A stretch of 41,538 nucleotides of DNA, taken from IMG/VR virus record IMGVR_UViG_3300001730_000004, positions 1 to 41,538 of that record; one strand, 5' to 3'. The notes under the pieces are model-generated. The model saw only the letters and a program-made list of their open reading frames with translations. It was not told the DNA's origin and did not search any database. Each line of letters starts with the position of its first letter. Position 1 is the stretch's first letter. This document shows, piece by piece, positions 26,387 to 34,505 of this stretch. The DNA comes from a virus. Lineage: Duplodnaviria; Caudoviricetes. The position numbers were made by a program, and so were the translations under genes.

Positions 26387-27286
26387 TCACAGGCCCGTGA
26401 GCGTCGAAAAGAAGTCGTCGTCGGGCAGGTCGAACGGCACGACGCTCTGCACGTACTCGGGCCACTCGTCCGCGGCCTCGCACCCCTTCAGCCGCTCGAG
26501 CCAGAGGTGCGTCTGTCGAGCGCCCGCCTCGAGCGCGCGCTCGGACAGCTCGAACGCGGTCACCGCGTGCGGCTCCGTCGTCTCGACGGCCACGATGAAG
26601 CACGCGTCGGTGATGTGGCCGTTCTCGCGTGCTCCGCCCGCGTACCAGTCCAGCTGCGCGTGGTAGTGCAGCTTGCGACCGTGGTGCGGGAACCACTCGG
26701 GGTCCGCCTTCGTGGTCGTCTTCAGGTCGACGATTCGCCGCGGACCCATCACGTCGAGCGTCCCGGCGCACGCCCGGCCCGCCCGGTCCCAGCGCAGCGG
26801 CTGCTCGTGCATTCCGTCGAGCAGCTCGCCAGCCACCGCGTGCGTCCGCACCTTCTCCGCGACGCGCGCCGCCACGTCGTACTCCGCCGTGGTGACGATC
26901 GGCGAGAGGTAGCGACCGGCCGCGAGGCGCTGCCCCTGGATCGCCCGCCCGGCGGCGGCGGCAGCGACGTCCTCGCTCGTCACGATGGGGCGGCCCTGCG
27001 CCTCCTCCTTGGCCCACTTCCACGCGTTGCCTCGGTGCGGGCCGTCGTAGACGTACGGCTCCGCGCCGGCCACGAGCTCCTTGAACGCCGCCCACCTGTT
27101 GCCGGCGCGCTCGCCGTCGAAGACGACGATCTCACCCCGCAGCGCCAGCACGTGGACGGCGGTCCCGAAGCGCATGGCGGCCGTCTCTTTGCGCGCAGCG
27201 TGGCCCACCCGGTAGTGCGCCGGGCTCTGCGCCAGGAGCTTGAGCCGCGAGAAGTGCACGGGCTCCCACGCTGCGGCCTCGCTCAC
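26387..27286 (-). CDS. PD-(D/E)XK exonuclease (RecE/DUF3799-like)
   Basis: GTGA-coupled; SRLK.L..SPAHY, AMRFGTAVH, G.LD, IVDLKTT, YHAQLDWY and FIVAVE motifs. Confidence 0.85.
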   Translation of the reverse strand: MSEAAAWEPVHFSRLKLLAQSPAHYRVGHAARKETAAMRFGTAVHVLALRGEIVVFDGERAGNRWAAFKELVAGAEPYVYDGPHRGNAWKWAKEEAQGRPIVTSEDVAAAAAGRAIQGQRLAAGRYLSPIVTTAEYDVAARVAEKVRTHAVAGELLDGMHEQPLRWDRAGRACAGTLDVMGPRRIVDLKTTTKADPEWFPHHGRKLHYHAQLDWYAGGARENGHITDACFIVAVETTEPHAVTAFELSERALEAGARQTHLWLERLKGCEAADEWPEYVQSVVPFDLPDDDFFSTLTGL

Positions 27287-27849
27287 CCCTGGCTCCGAGC
27301 GGCGGCGACGGCCTCGACCGCGCGCTCGAGCGGCAGGCCGAGCTCCGCGCACCGCGCCTCGACGATGGGCCACGCCTTCTTGTGGTGCTCGACGAAGAAC
27401 GGCGCGTGCCGAGCGAGCAGCTCCACCAGCGCCTCCGCGGCCGCGCACGCTCGGAGCTCTACGATCGCGGGCGGCGCCTCGCGCTCGCGGCGCTGCGCAC
27501 CCTCGCGGCGTGGCATCTTCGGCGGCGTCGGCCGCACCCGCAGGCACGGGCCCATCTCCCCCGTGGACGGGTTTCGCGCTTCGCCGAGGCAGAGGGTGAT
27601 CGGCTTCTGCGCCCAGGTCAGCACGTCCGTTCCGTAGATGGCCGCGATCGTCTTCGCGTTCGTCACGTTGCAGACGAAGGGCTTCTCGAGCTCGGCGAAG
27701 AAGAGGATGATCTTCCGCGCCTTGCGCCCCTTCTCGCCCTCGACGGTGTCGCCCTTCACGCGCGTGATCGTGACCGGCGTGTCGCGGCCTCCCTCGAGGT
27801 CCCAGTGGCCGATGTAGTCGGAGTCGAAGAATTGCCGGTAGTGGGTCAC
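27283..27849 (-). CDS. Hypothetical protein in the recombination module (candidate ssDNA-binding/annealing)
   Basis: GTGA-coupled on both sides; THYRQFFDSDYIGHWDL...NVTNAKTI..IYG...W...I.L beta-rich domain. Confidence 0.65.
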   Translation of the reverse strand: MTHYRQFFDSDYIGHWDLEGGRDTPVTITRVKGDTVEGEKGRKARKIILFFAELEKPFVCNVTNAKTIAAIYGTDVLTWAQKPITLCLGEARNPSTGEMGPCLRVRPTPPKMPRREGAQRREREAPPAIVELRACAAAEALVELLARHAPFFVEHHKKAWPIVEARCAELGLPLERAVEAVAAARSQG

Positions 27850-29162
27850 GTTGCCGCCTCCGCGCCGCGCACCGCGCCGTCCTCGATCACGACGCCCATG
27901 AGGGCCGACTCGTCGACGCGCTCGACCCACACCTGCGCGTCCGCGGCGCTGGCGAGCTCCCCCAGCAGGCGCAGCGAATCGGAGTCGAGCAGCGACCCGT
28001 CCCGCACGAGCAGCACCTTGAGCTGCGGGTTGAGCGCCAGGCCGATCGCGACCGACGCCCGCAGCTGCTCGGCCGAGCTGGCCTGCTCGAACGGCACGCC
28101 GTCCAGGAGCACACCCTCGTCGCCGACGCCGAGCCCCTCCAGCGGGTAGCTCGCGGCGGCGATGGCTTCGGCCTTCTCCCGGTCCACCGCCTCGATCTGC
28201 TCGGTGAGCGCGCGCGCGTGCTCGGCCTCCGCTTCGTAGCGCTCCTTGAGCTGGGTGCGGCGGCGGTTGTCCCGCACCTTCTGGTTCGCCTCCTCCGCGC
28301 CCGCGAGCCGCTCCTGGATGGGCTCGAGCTCCGGCACGCGCGCGCGCAGCTCGTCGGCGCGGCGGCGCTTCTCGCTCAGCGCCTCCTCGTGCTCGGGGAC
28401 CACCTGCTCCTCGCAACGCGTCAGGCGCCCGCGCAGGAGCGCGAGCTCCGTCTCCAGGGCCGCGAGCTTGTGGCGCAGCTCGTCCGCGGCGCCGAGCACC
28501 CCATCGAGGTTGGCTTGCGCCTTGTCCACCTCGCGCGTCGCCTCGTCCAGCTCGCGCCGCGCCTCCTGGGCGGTGCGCAGCTCGGCGGCCAGGGCCGCCA
28601 CGCTGACCTCCTCGTCCGGAGCGTCACGGTGGTGAGGCACGCCGCTGATCTCCCCTGCCAGCCGCTTCGCCTCCCGGTTCGCGTCCGACCGCTCGTCGTA
28701 GAAACGCACGCGCCGCTCCTCGAGCTCGGAGAGGTCCAGGCCGACGAGCTTTCGGAGCAGCTCGCGCTGCTCGGCCGGCTTGCGCCGCGCGAAGTCCAGC
28801 GGGTCGAAGCTCAGCTCGCCCACCAGCGCGTCGAGCATGGCCTGCGGCGACGGGAACCGAGCCCCCTCCTGGGTGGCCACCTGCAACGCGGTCTGCCCGT
28901 CGGGCTTGATCCGGCGCGTCACCACGAGCCCCGTGTCGAGCTCGAGCTCCACGCACGCCTCCTCGGCCCCGTCTCGCACCGGGCGCGGCGGGAAGCTTCG
29001 CCGGCCGCCCAGGGCCATCCAGATCGAGTCGAGGACGCTGCTCTTGCCCTGGCCGTTGCGGCCGGCGATCACCACGAGCGAGCCGTCGGGCTCGATCTCG
29101 ACGGCCCGCAGCCGCTTCACGTTGCTCGCGGAGAGACGGACGATCCTGCTCGGCTTCATCAC
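27846..29162 (-). CDS. SMC/Rad50-like coiled-coil ATPase (AAA_23-like)
   Basis: Walker A GRNGQGKS, long coiled coil, signature-like SSAEQ, Walker B-like LLVRDG..LD. Confidence 0.85.
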   Translation of the reverse strand: MMKPSRIVRLSASNVKRLRAVEIEPDGSLVVIAGRNGQGKSSVLDSIWMALGGRRSFPPRPVRDGAEEACVELELDTGLVVTRRIKPDGQTALQVATQEGARFPSPQAMLDALVGELSFDPLDFARRKPAEQRELLRKLVGLDLSELEERRVRFYDERSDANREAKRLAGEISGVPHHRDAPDEEVSVAALAAELRTAQEARRELDEATREVDKAQANLDGVLGAADELRHKLAALETELALLRGRLTRCEEQVVPEHEEALSEKRRRADELRARVPELEPIQERLAGAEEANQKVRDNRRRTQLKERYEAEAEHARALTEQIEAVDREKAEAIAAASYPLEGLGVGDEGVLLDGVPFEQASSAEQLRASVAIGLALNPQLKVLLVRDGSLLDSDSLRLLGELASAADAQVWVERVDESALMGVVIEDGAVRGAEAAT

Positions 29163-29431
29163 TCGACCCTCCCCGAGAGCGCCTGGGCCGCCTCGTGCCG
29201 GGCCAGCGCCTCTACGTCGCCCAGCTCCTCCGGGAACAGCCCCGCGAGGTGTCCGCGCTCGACGAGCGTCTTCGCGTCCAGCGCGCGCAGCGCCTGCCGG
29301 CGCCGCTCGAGCTCCTCCGTGTAGGCCGGGTCCGCGTGCAGCTCGCGCGCGCGCCCCATGGCCTGCTCGATCTCCATGCCGCGCCGTCCGAGCGCGGCGA
29401 CCGTCATCACCCTGTTCGTCAACTCGTCCAT
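29159..29431 (-). CDS. Hypothetical protein
   Basis: RBS GGAGG; MDELTNRV start; coupled to the ATPase gene. Confidence 0.65.
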   Translation of the reverse strand: MDELTNRVMTVAALGRRGMEIEQAMGRARELHADPAYTEELERRRQALRALDAKTLVERGHLAGLFPEELGDVEALARHEAAQALSGRVE

Positions 29432-29444
29432 CTGTCCCTCCAGC

Positions 29445-29765
29445 TCAGTCGGCCATGTAGAAGACGCTCGCGTCCCAGCCGCGCCCGCGCAGCACGCGCG
29501 CGAGGGCCTCGGCTGCGCGCGTCCTCGTGTGTCCCTGCCCCGTCCCGGGCAGCTCGAGGCTGATGCAGGCGCGGCGAAGCCAGGTGGCGCGCCGTGCGCG
29601 GAGCCCTGCCTCCTCGGCCACGCCCGCCGCCCTCTTGCTCCAGCGCACGCCGAAGAGGCGCACGTCATCGAAGTTCGACGAGCCGCCGTCGTCGCCCTGC
29701 GCGGCCAGCTCGGCCGCCTCCCGCGCCGCCGCCAGGTCCTCGCGTAGCTTGGTCCAGTCGGTCAC
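29445..29765 (-). CDS. Hypothetical protein
   Basis: GTGA-coupled; DDGGSSNFD...GQG..RTRAAEA...YMAD. Confidence 0.7.
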   Translation of the reverse strand: MTDWTKLREDLAAAREAAELAAQGDDGGSSNFDDVRLFGVRWSKRAAGVAEEAGLRARRATWLRRACISLELPGTGQGHTRTRAAEALARVLRGRGWDASVFYMAD

Positions 29766-30214
29766 TTGATCGCCTCCCGCGCCTTCCAGGTCCACGCGCG
29801 GAGCGACGCCCGCTCGGCGCCCTCGCGGCTCCGGACCCACAGGCCGAGCACGGCCGCGCGCTCCTCGACGGCGGCGACCACGTGGGTGGCGAGCGCGCGA
29901 GCGTCCTCAGCCTCGTACCCACGCCCCAGCAGCATCGGCAGGACGGCCTCCGGCGCCTCGAGCCGGAGCGCGCGCGCGACCGCGCCCGCCTCGTACTGCG
30001 CGTCCGTCCGGCGGCGGCGGACGAACTCGCGGACGAGTCGATCGGTGACCTGTTCGATGGCTCCCGAGGGCAAGGGCCGCGCGCGCTCGTCCACGTCCGC
30101 GTGGCGCAGCCCCGAGCCGAGGCACGCGCGACACTCCTGGCCGCCCACCCATCCGCGCGCGCACCGAGTGCAGGGCGCGGTGCACGGCGGGAGCTGCTCC
30201 GCGGCGGCGCTCAT
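29762..30214 (-). CDS. Hypothetical protein with DnaJ-type zinc-finger motifs
   Basis: ATGA-coupled; CTRCARG...CRACLGSG. Confidence 0.65.
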   Translation of the reverse strand: MSAAAEQLPPCTAPCTRCARGWVGGQECRACLGSGLRHADVDERARPLPSGAIEQVTDRLVREFVRRRRTDAQYEAGAVARALRLEAPEAVLPMLLGRGYEAEDARALATHVVAAVEERAAVLGLWVRSREGAERASLRAWTWKAREAIK

Positions 30215-30438
30215 GCCCCCCTCGCGAGATCGGCGAGACGCCCCGCGGCGCACCCGGGGCAGTAGTGCTGCATCCGCCACGGCTGCCGCTCGGTGCGTCG
30301 GCTGCGGTCGAGACCGCGGGGGTAGAAGACGCTCGGGAGCCATCCCTGCGGGAGCGGAGGAACCCCGCGGTCGCCCGTGCGCGGCGGGATGCGCGCCTCC
30401 GCGGAGCACCCGTCCGCGTCGCACCGGACCACGATCAC
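30211..30438 (-). CDS. Small Cys-motif protein
   Basis: CDADGC...HYCPGC; coupled on both sides. Confidence 0.65.
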   Translation of the reverse strand: MIVVRCDADGCSAEARIPPRTGDRGVPPLPQGWLPSVFYPRGLDRSRRTERQPWRMQHYCPGCAAGRLADLARGA

Positions 30439-30932
30439 GCCTTCCCCCGCACGGGCGCGCCCCAGCTCGTGCGCCGGTCGACCACGACGGGCGTCCCCTG
30501 CCGCTCGGCGAACGCGCGCACCCTCGCGTTGATCAGCTCGAGGAGGGTCCTCGCCTCCGCCTTCGTCGCGAGCATGGGCAAGCGCTCGACGTGGAGGGGC
30601 TCACCGGGGTTGCCGTACTCGACGATCGGCACGTAGCCGCCCTCGGCCTCGTCGATGTAGCTCCTGATCACCAGCGCGCGCGCTACCTCCGCCTCGCGCG
30701 TCCGGCGCGCCACCTCGAGGCCAGCCTTCACCTTCGGGCTGAGCGCTGCCTCACGCTCAGCGCTGACCCGCTCGAGCGTGAGGTCCTCCCGGTACGTCAG
30801 CAGCACGCCGCAATGTCGGCAGAGACAGAGGTTTCCGCGCTGAGGCCTGCGCTCCGGGCGCAGCGGGTCCTCAGACGAGCTCAGGAGGCATCCGCACCCA
30901 GGACAGAGCGTCGGCCGATGGCGCGTCTTCAT
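30435..30932 (-). CDS. Hypothetical zinc-ribbon protein
   Basis: CPGC...CRHC; coupled. Confidence 0.65.
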   Translation of the reverse strand: MKTRHRPTLCPGCGCLLSSSEDPLRPERRPQRGNLCLCRHCGVLLTYREDLTLERVSAEREAALSPKVKAGLEVARRTREAEVARALVIRSYIDEAEGGYVPIVEYGNPGEPLHVERLPMLATKAEARTLLELINARVRAFAERQGTPVVVDRRTSWGAPVRGKA

Positions 30933-31255
30933 GACTCCCCCGCCAGCAGCGCCTCGACGTGCTGCGCTTCCCAGGAGCCGGGGCGCGTCAGGGCTCCTGT
31001 CAGCCGCACGCGCAGCAGCTCCGAGACCCGACCTGGGGCGCCGTGCTCGGCGACGAGCCGCTCGGCTGCCTCCCCGCTGAGCGCGAAGGCGACCACCACC
31101 GGCTCGCCTACGGCCTGGGCTTCGCCGACGATGGCCTCCACCAGGTCGTCCACCTCGCCCGCGTGGGGCACGAAGCCGGCGTGCTGCAGGAAGTGCGTGA
31201 GGAGCTCCACCGCGCGCGCGCGGAGCTGTCGACGCCGCAAACCGAGGACGCTCAT
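30929..31255 (-). CDS. Hypothetical protein
   Basis: ATGA-coupled on both sides. Confidence 0.6.
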   Translation of the reverse strand: MSVLGLRRRQLRARAVELLTHFLQHAGFVPHAGEVDDLVEAIVGEAQAVGEPVVVAFALSGEAAERLVAEHGAPGRVSELLRVRLTGALTRPGSWEAQHVEALLAGES

Positions 31256-31617
31256 CGACGCCTCCGAACCGGCGCGAAGCCGTCGTGCTCGGGCTGCTCG
31301 AAGAAGTCGCCCGACTCAGAGACGGGCCGAGGCTCCTGGACGCGGAGGAAGCGCGTCACCGTCGGCAGCCCACCCATCGCCAACAGGCACTCGAGCGCGT
31401 GGTGCCGATCCTCCTCGCTGTACGGACCGGGCCCGTCCAGCTCGAGATCGAAGGTCAGCACCGCTCGGACGCGCTGCTCGCCGGCGAGCGGGTCCGGCGC
31501 CGGCGTCTCCTTGGCGCGGCAGTCCTCGCAGACCGTCGACGGTCGGCCGCGCCACTCGAAGCCGCCGCGCGCCTCGCTGTCGCACCGAGGGCACTTCACC
31601 CAACGCGCGCTCACCAT
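31252..31617 (-). CDS. Hypothetical zinc-ribbon protein
   Basis: MVSARWVKCPRC...CEDC; overlaps the upstream gene end. Confidence 0.6.
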   Translation of the reverse strand: MVSARWVKCPRCDSEARGGFEWRGRPSTVCEDCRAKETPAPDPLAGEQRVRAVLTFDLELDGPGPYSEEDRHHALECLLAMGGLPTVTRFLRVQEPRPVSESGDFFEQPEHDGFAPVRRRR

Positions 31618-31919
31618 GGCTCGACCTCGAGGTCGAACGTGAGCGGGGCGAGCGCGCGCGCCTGGTCGAAGTCGTCGACGAGCTGGACCGCGCCGGCCGG
31701 GAGCTCGGCGCGCAGCATCCCGTCGGCGCCGTAGACCACCACGTCCGGGATGTCGCGCGTCCCGTCCGGAGCCACCGTGACCGGCATCGCGCTGCCGTCG
31801 AGGGCGACGCCCGCCGCGAGCAGCGCGCGCCGGAGCGCCCGACCGACCGGGCAATCGCAGGCGTGCAGCCGCGTCCCCTCGTCGAGGTCCTCCTGGGTCA
31901 CCTCCACGCGCAGCTTCAT
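31611..31919 (-). CDS. Hypothetical protein
   Basis: MKLRVEVTQEDLDEG...CPVGRAL...P.TF.L; coupled. Confidence 0.7.
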   Translation of the reverse strand: MKLRVEVTQEDLDEGTRLHACDCPVGRALRRALLAAGVALDGSAMPVTVAPDGTRDIPDVVVYGADGMLRAELPAGAVQLVDDFDQARALAPLTFDLEVEPW

Positions 31920-32101
31920 GACTCCCCCAGCGCGTCGGAGATGAGCCCGATCGCGATTCCCAGGCCCTCACGCCGGCCCTGGAGGTAGAGCGTCGTCCCG
32001 GGCGACTCCGGCTCGGAGACGGCGACCGGGCCGCGCTCGCGCTGCTGCTCGAGCACCGCGCGCAGCGAGCGGAGCGCGATCTCCAGTTCGCCGCGCTTCA
32101 T
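31916..32101 (-). CDS. Small hypothetical protein
   Basis: RBS GAGG; coupled on both sides. Confidence 0.6.
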   Translation of the reverse strand: MKRGELEIALRSLRAVLEQQRERGPVAVSEPESPGTTLYLQGRREGLGIAIGLISDALGES

Positions 32102-32379
32102 CGAGCACCTCGCTCAGCCCGTAGCTGCGCGCCGATCGACGACTCCACGATCGCGGCGACGACGTCGTCGCTCAGCCCGAAGCGTGCGTTCTGGCGACGC
32201 GCCCGCTCCCGGGCCTTCTCGAGGTCGTGCCCGTAGAAGTAGGGTCGGACTCCGCCGGCCGGGACCGGCCAGTCTCCGGTCGGGCGGTGGCCCGGTTCGC
32301 CCTCCGTCACCATCGAGACCCGGTAGCCCACGCCCTCGACGTAGCCGTCCTCGGGCACGTAGAAGCACACCCGCTTCAC
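32098..32379 (-). CDS. Hypothetical protein
   Basis: GTGA-coupled; VKRVCFYVPEDGY start; aromatic-rich. Confidence 0.65.
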   Translation of the reverse strand: MKRVCFYVPEDGYVEGVGYRVSMVTEGEPGHRPTGDWPVPAGGVRPYFYGHDLEKARERARRQNARFGLSDDVVAAIVESSIGAQLRAERGAR

Positions 32380-32729
32380 GCCGCCAGCTCCCCGTCGACG
32401 ACCGCGGGGAACGCGAGAACCACCCCGCGGCGCTCGCCCACCGCATCGAGGACGTCCTCGCCCACCTGGCTCGGCGCCTCGACGGTCGCGTCCGCCACCG
32501 CCGCCACCACCGCCGGCCCCCACCGCTCGAGCAGCCGCACCCGGGCCACCTCGCTCGACGCGTCCTCGAGCACCGTCGCCCGCGCCCCCCGGTCCACCGC
32601 GACGAGCACGTCCCGGGTGAGCTCGCTCCGCTCCCCCCCGTCGACCACCACCCGGACAAGCCGGCCCTCCACGCGCAGGTGAACCCGAACTCCACCCAGC
32701 TCCACGCACCCTTCGATTCGTCCCATCAT
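32376..32729 (-). CDS. Hypothetical protein, first gene of the leftward early operon
   Basis: RBS GAGGAGG upstream of MMGRIEG; lies just after the predicted PL. Confidence 0.6.
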   Translation of the reverse strand: MMGRIEGCVELGGVRVHLRVEGRLVRVVVDGGERSELTRDVLVAVDRGARATVLEDASSEVARVRLLERWGPAVVAAVADATVEAPSQVGEDVLDAVGERRGVVLAFPAVVDGELAA

Positions 32730-32754
32730 CGTCCTGCCCTCCTCTGAGGAGACG

Positions 32755-32791
32755 AAGTTAGGCACTTATCGGTTAGTACGTCAAGGTATGA
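32755..32791 (-). promoter_or_regulatory. Leftward sigma70-like promoter (PL) with overlapping putative operator
   Basis: Minus strand TTGACG (32784-32779), 18 nt, TAACTT (32760-32755); a 24-bp motif at 32768-32791 is repeated at 33544-33567. Confidence 0.65.
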
Positions 32792-32973
32792 ACTGAACCG
32801 GGAGGTTCGAATGCCTCTGTGAGGCTCCTTACGACTGAGCGCCTTAGGAGGTCTTCGGGAGCGTCTGGATTGAACCTGAGAACGCGGCCAGAACGATCCG
32901 TTTCAGTCTCGAGGGTGACGTCACAGACCAGCAAGAAACCGAGTCGTGACGCAAGCTTGAGTTCATCCAGCAC
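32773..32973 (-). CDS. Small hypothetical protein downstream of the repressor
   Basis: RBS GGAGGAG before GTG; 66 aa; lower GC than the late genes. Confidence 0.5.
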   Translation of the reverse strand: MLDELKLASRLGFLLVCDVTLETETDRSGRVLRFNPDAPEDLLRRSVVRSLTEAFEPPGSVHTLTY

Positions 32974-33035
32974 CGTCGTGCTCCTCCCGTTTCGGGGGGA
33001 TCAGACGAGATGCGACCCATCCGACTGACGCTCGG

Positions 33036-33476
33036 TCAGGGGTTTCGTGACTTCTTTTCAGCAGCCACCGTCTTCACGGCGTCCTGCGCGCCCAGGCCAT
33101 GTCTCCTGGCGCTCAGAAGCAAGTCGAAGAACGTGTGGTTTGGCAACAGTCCTTCAGGGTCGACGCGCCGGAGCCACGCGACTTCGTCCGGCGTGGCGCT
33201 CCGGCCCGTGGGGGTCTCCAGCCAGGACGCGAGGGCGAGACCGGTAGGCTCAGAGCTCCCGGCCATGAGCCACTCCATCGAGCGACCGGTCACCATGGCC
33301 ACGCGAGTCAGGATCTCAGAGGAGATGAGCTGTTCTCCCCTCTCGTAGCGATAGACCGAGTTCGGTTGGACACCGATCGCGCGCGCAAACTCGCTGGCGT
33401 TCGTGATCCCCGCTTCGGTGCGTGCGCGGCGGATTCGCTCGCCTACTGCCTTTGGGTCTGCCTCAAACATGTCCAT
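33036..33476 (-). CDS. CI-like repressor (XRE HTH)
   Basis: GERIRRAR...SEFARAIGV....VYRYERG...WLMAG; divergent from a short HTH gene; no S24 peptidase domain visible. Confidence 0.8.
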   Translation of the reverse strand: MDMFEADPKAVGERIRRARTEAGITNASEFARAIGVQPNSVYRYERGEQLISSEILTRVAMVTGRSMEWLMAGSSEPTGLALASWLETPTGRSATPDEVAWLRRVDPEGLLPNHTFFDLLLSARRHGLGAQDAVKTVAAEKKSRNP

Positions 33477-33526
33477 AGAGTCCTGGCGAGCTGCGGCGCG
33501 AGGCAACGAACTGAAGCGATAGGGGC

Positions 33527-33567
33527 TTGCTCAAAAACCACGCATCGGTTAGTACGCGTAGGTATGA
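33527..33567 (+). promoter_or_regulatory. Rightward promoter (PR) with overlapping putative operator
   Basis: TTGCTC (33527-32), 17 nt, TAGTAC (33550-55); ATG 8 nt later with no clear RBS; second copy of the 24-bp motif. Confidence 0.5.
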
Positions 33568-33806
33568 CTCTCGCGGACAGGCTGAAGCTGGCGCGCACCA
33601 GCGCTGGACACGACAACGCGAGCGAGTTCGCGCGGGTCCTGCAGGTGACCCCGAACTCGGTCTATCGCTACGAGAGGGGGGACCAAACGCCAGGCGTTGA
33701 TGTGTGCAAGCGCTGGGCTGCCGCCACTTCAGTCACGCTGGACTGGCTCTTGGCCGGGAAAGGGACCGGCCCCGGCGACCTGGCGGCGGACGAGGCGGTG
33801 GCGTGA
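33564..33806 (+). CDS. Cro-like XRE HTH regulator
   Basis: MTLADRLKLAR...SEFAR.L.V....VYRYERG...WLLAGKG; 80 aa. Confidence 0.8.
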   Translation: MTLADRLKLARTSAGHDNASEFARVLQVTPNSVYRYERGDQTPGVDVCKRWAAATSVTLDWLLAGKGTGPGDLAADEAVA

Positions 33807-33819
33807 CGTGTCGCGCTGC

Positions 33820-34356
33820 CTATCCCAGGTCTGCGACGCACCGCTGCCCACTACAGCGCCGTGGGCTACCGGCCGAGTCCGGGCAGTCCGTGTCGTCTAC
33901 GCAGTAGCGCCAACAGCTGATCCCGTCGCAGTAGTGGCCGACCATGCACGTATCGCCGGTCCCGTTGATCTCGCAAGCGGCGCCCTCGCGATGGATACCA
34001 GTCGTCTCGCAAGCTCGGCCTGTGCGACTTCCGCCGTCGAACTGGTAGCGGCAGGTGTACCCGGAGGGGCAGTCGGACCCGCCCACCAGGTCGTCGCAGC
34101 ACGCGCCCGTGCAACCGGCGTCGGCTCCCGAGTCGCGCCGGCCAGCATCCCGCCCCGAGTCGGCGCCCGAGTCGCGTCCAGCGTCGATCGGGACGAACGC
34201 GTCGAGCACCCCGCCGTCGCCCCCGGCGTCGCGAACCGTGGCGTCTCGGACCTCGCGCCCACCGTCCACGCGCACGTCACCAGCGTCGTCGAGGCTCGGC
34301 CCCGCGTCGCACGCGGTCAGAGCAAGGGCTGCCAGGAGCATGGTTCGCTGTCGCAT
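33820..34356 (-). CDS. Cys-rich lipoprotein with DAG/DGG linker
   Basis: RBS GGAGG; signal MRQRTMLLAALALTA-C; DAG/DGG/DSG low-complexity linker; 14 Cys in the C-terminal domain. Confidence 0.75.
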   Translation of the reverse strand: MRQRTMLLAALALTACDAGPSLDDAGDVRVDGGREVRDATVRDAGGDGGVLDAFVPIDAGRDSGADSGRDAGRRDSGADAGCTGACCDDLVGGSDCPSGYTCRYQFDGGSRTGRACETTGIHREGAACEINGTGDTCMVGHYCDGISCWRYCVDDTDCPDSAGSPRRCSGQRCVADLG

Positions 34357-34505
34357 CTGGACCTTCCTCCCCACGGGGTTCGTCGGGAAGGGTACCGCAG
34401 CGTGCGAGCCGGGTGGACCCCCGCCGCGCGCCTTGCCGGTCTCAGCACGGTAACCACGCATGCGCGGCTGCAAACCGGCGCATGTGTTCAGTCTGGGGGT
34501 CTCGC

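Noticed and set aside
22505-31988. Long + strand ORFs opposite the early operon (22505-24694, 29766-31988)
   Set aside because: Antisense shadows of coupled minus-strand genes with recognisable motifs.
33099-33563. Long N-terminal extension of the Cro-like gene
   Set aside because: It is antisense to cI; the HTH begins at ATG 33564 right after the predicted promoter.
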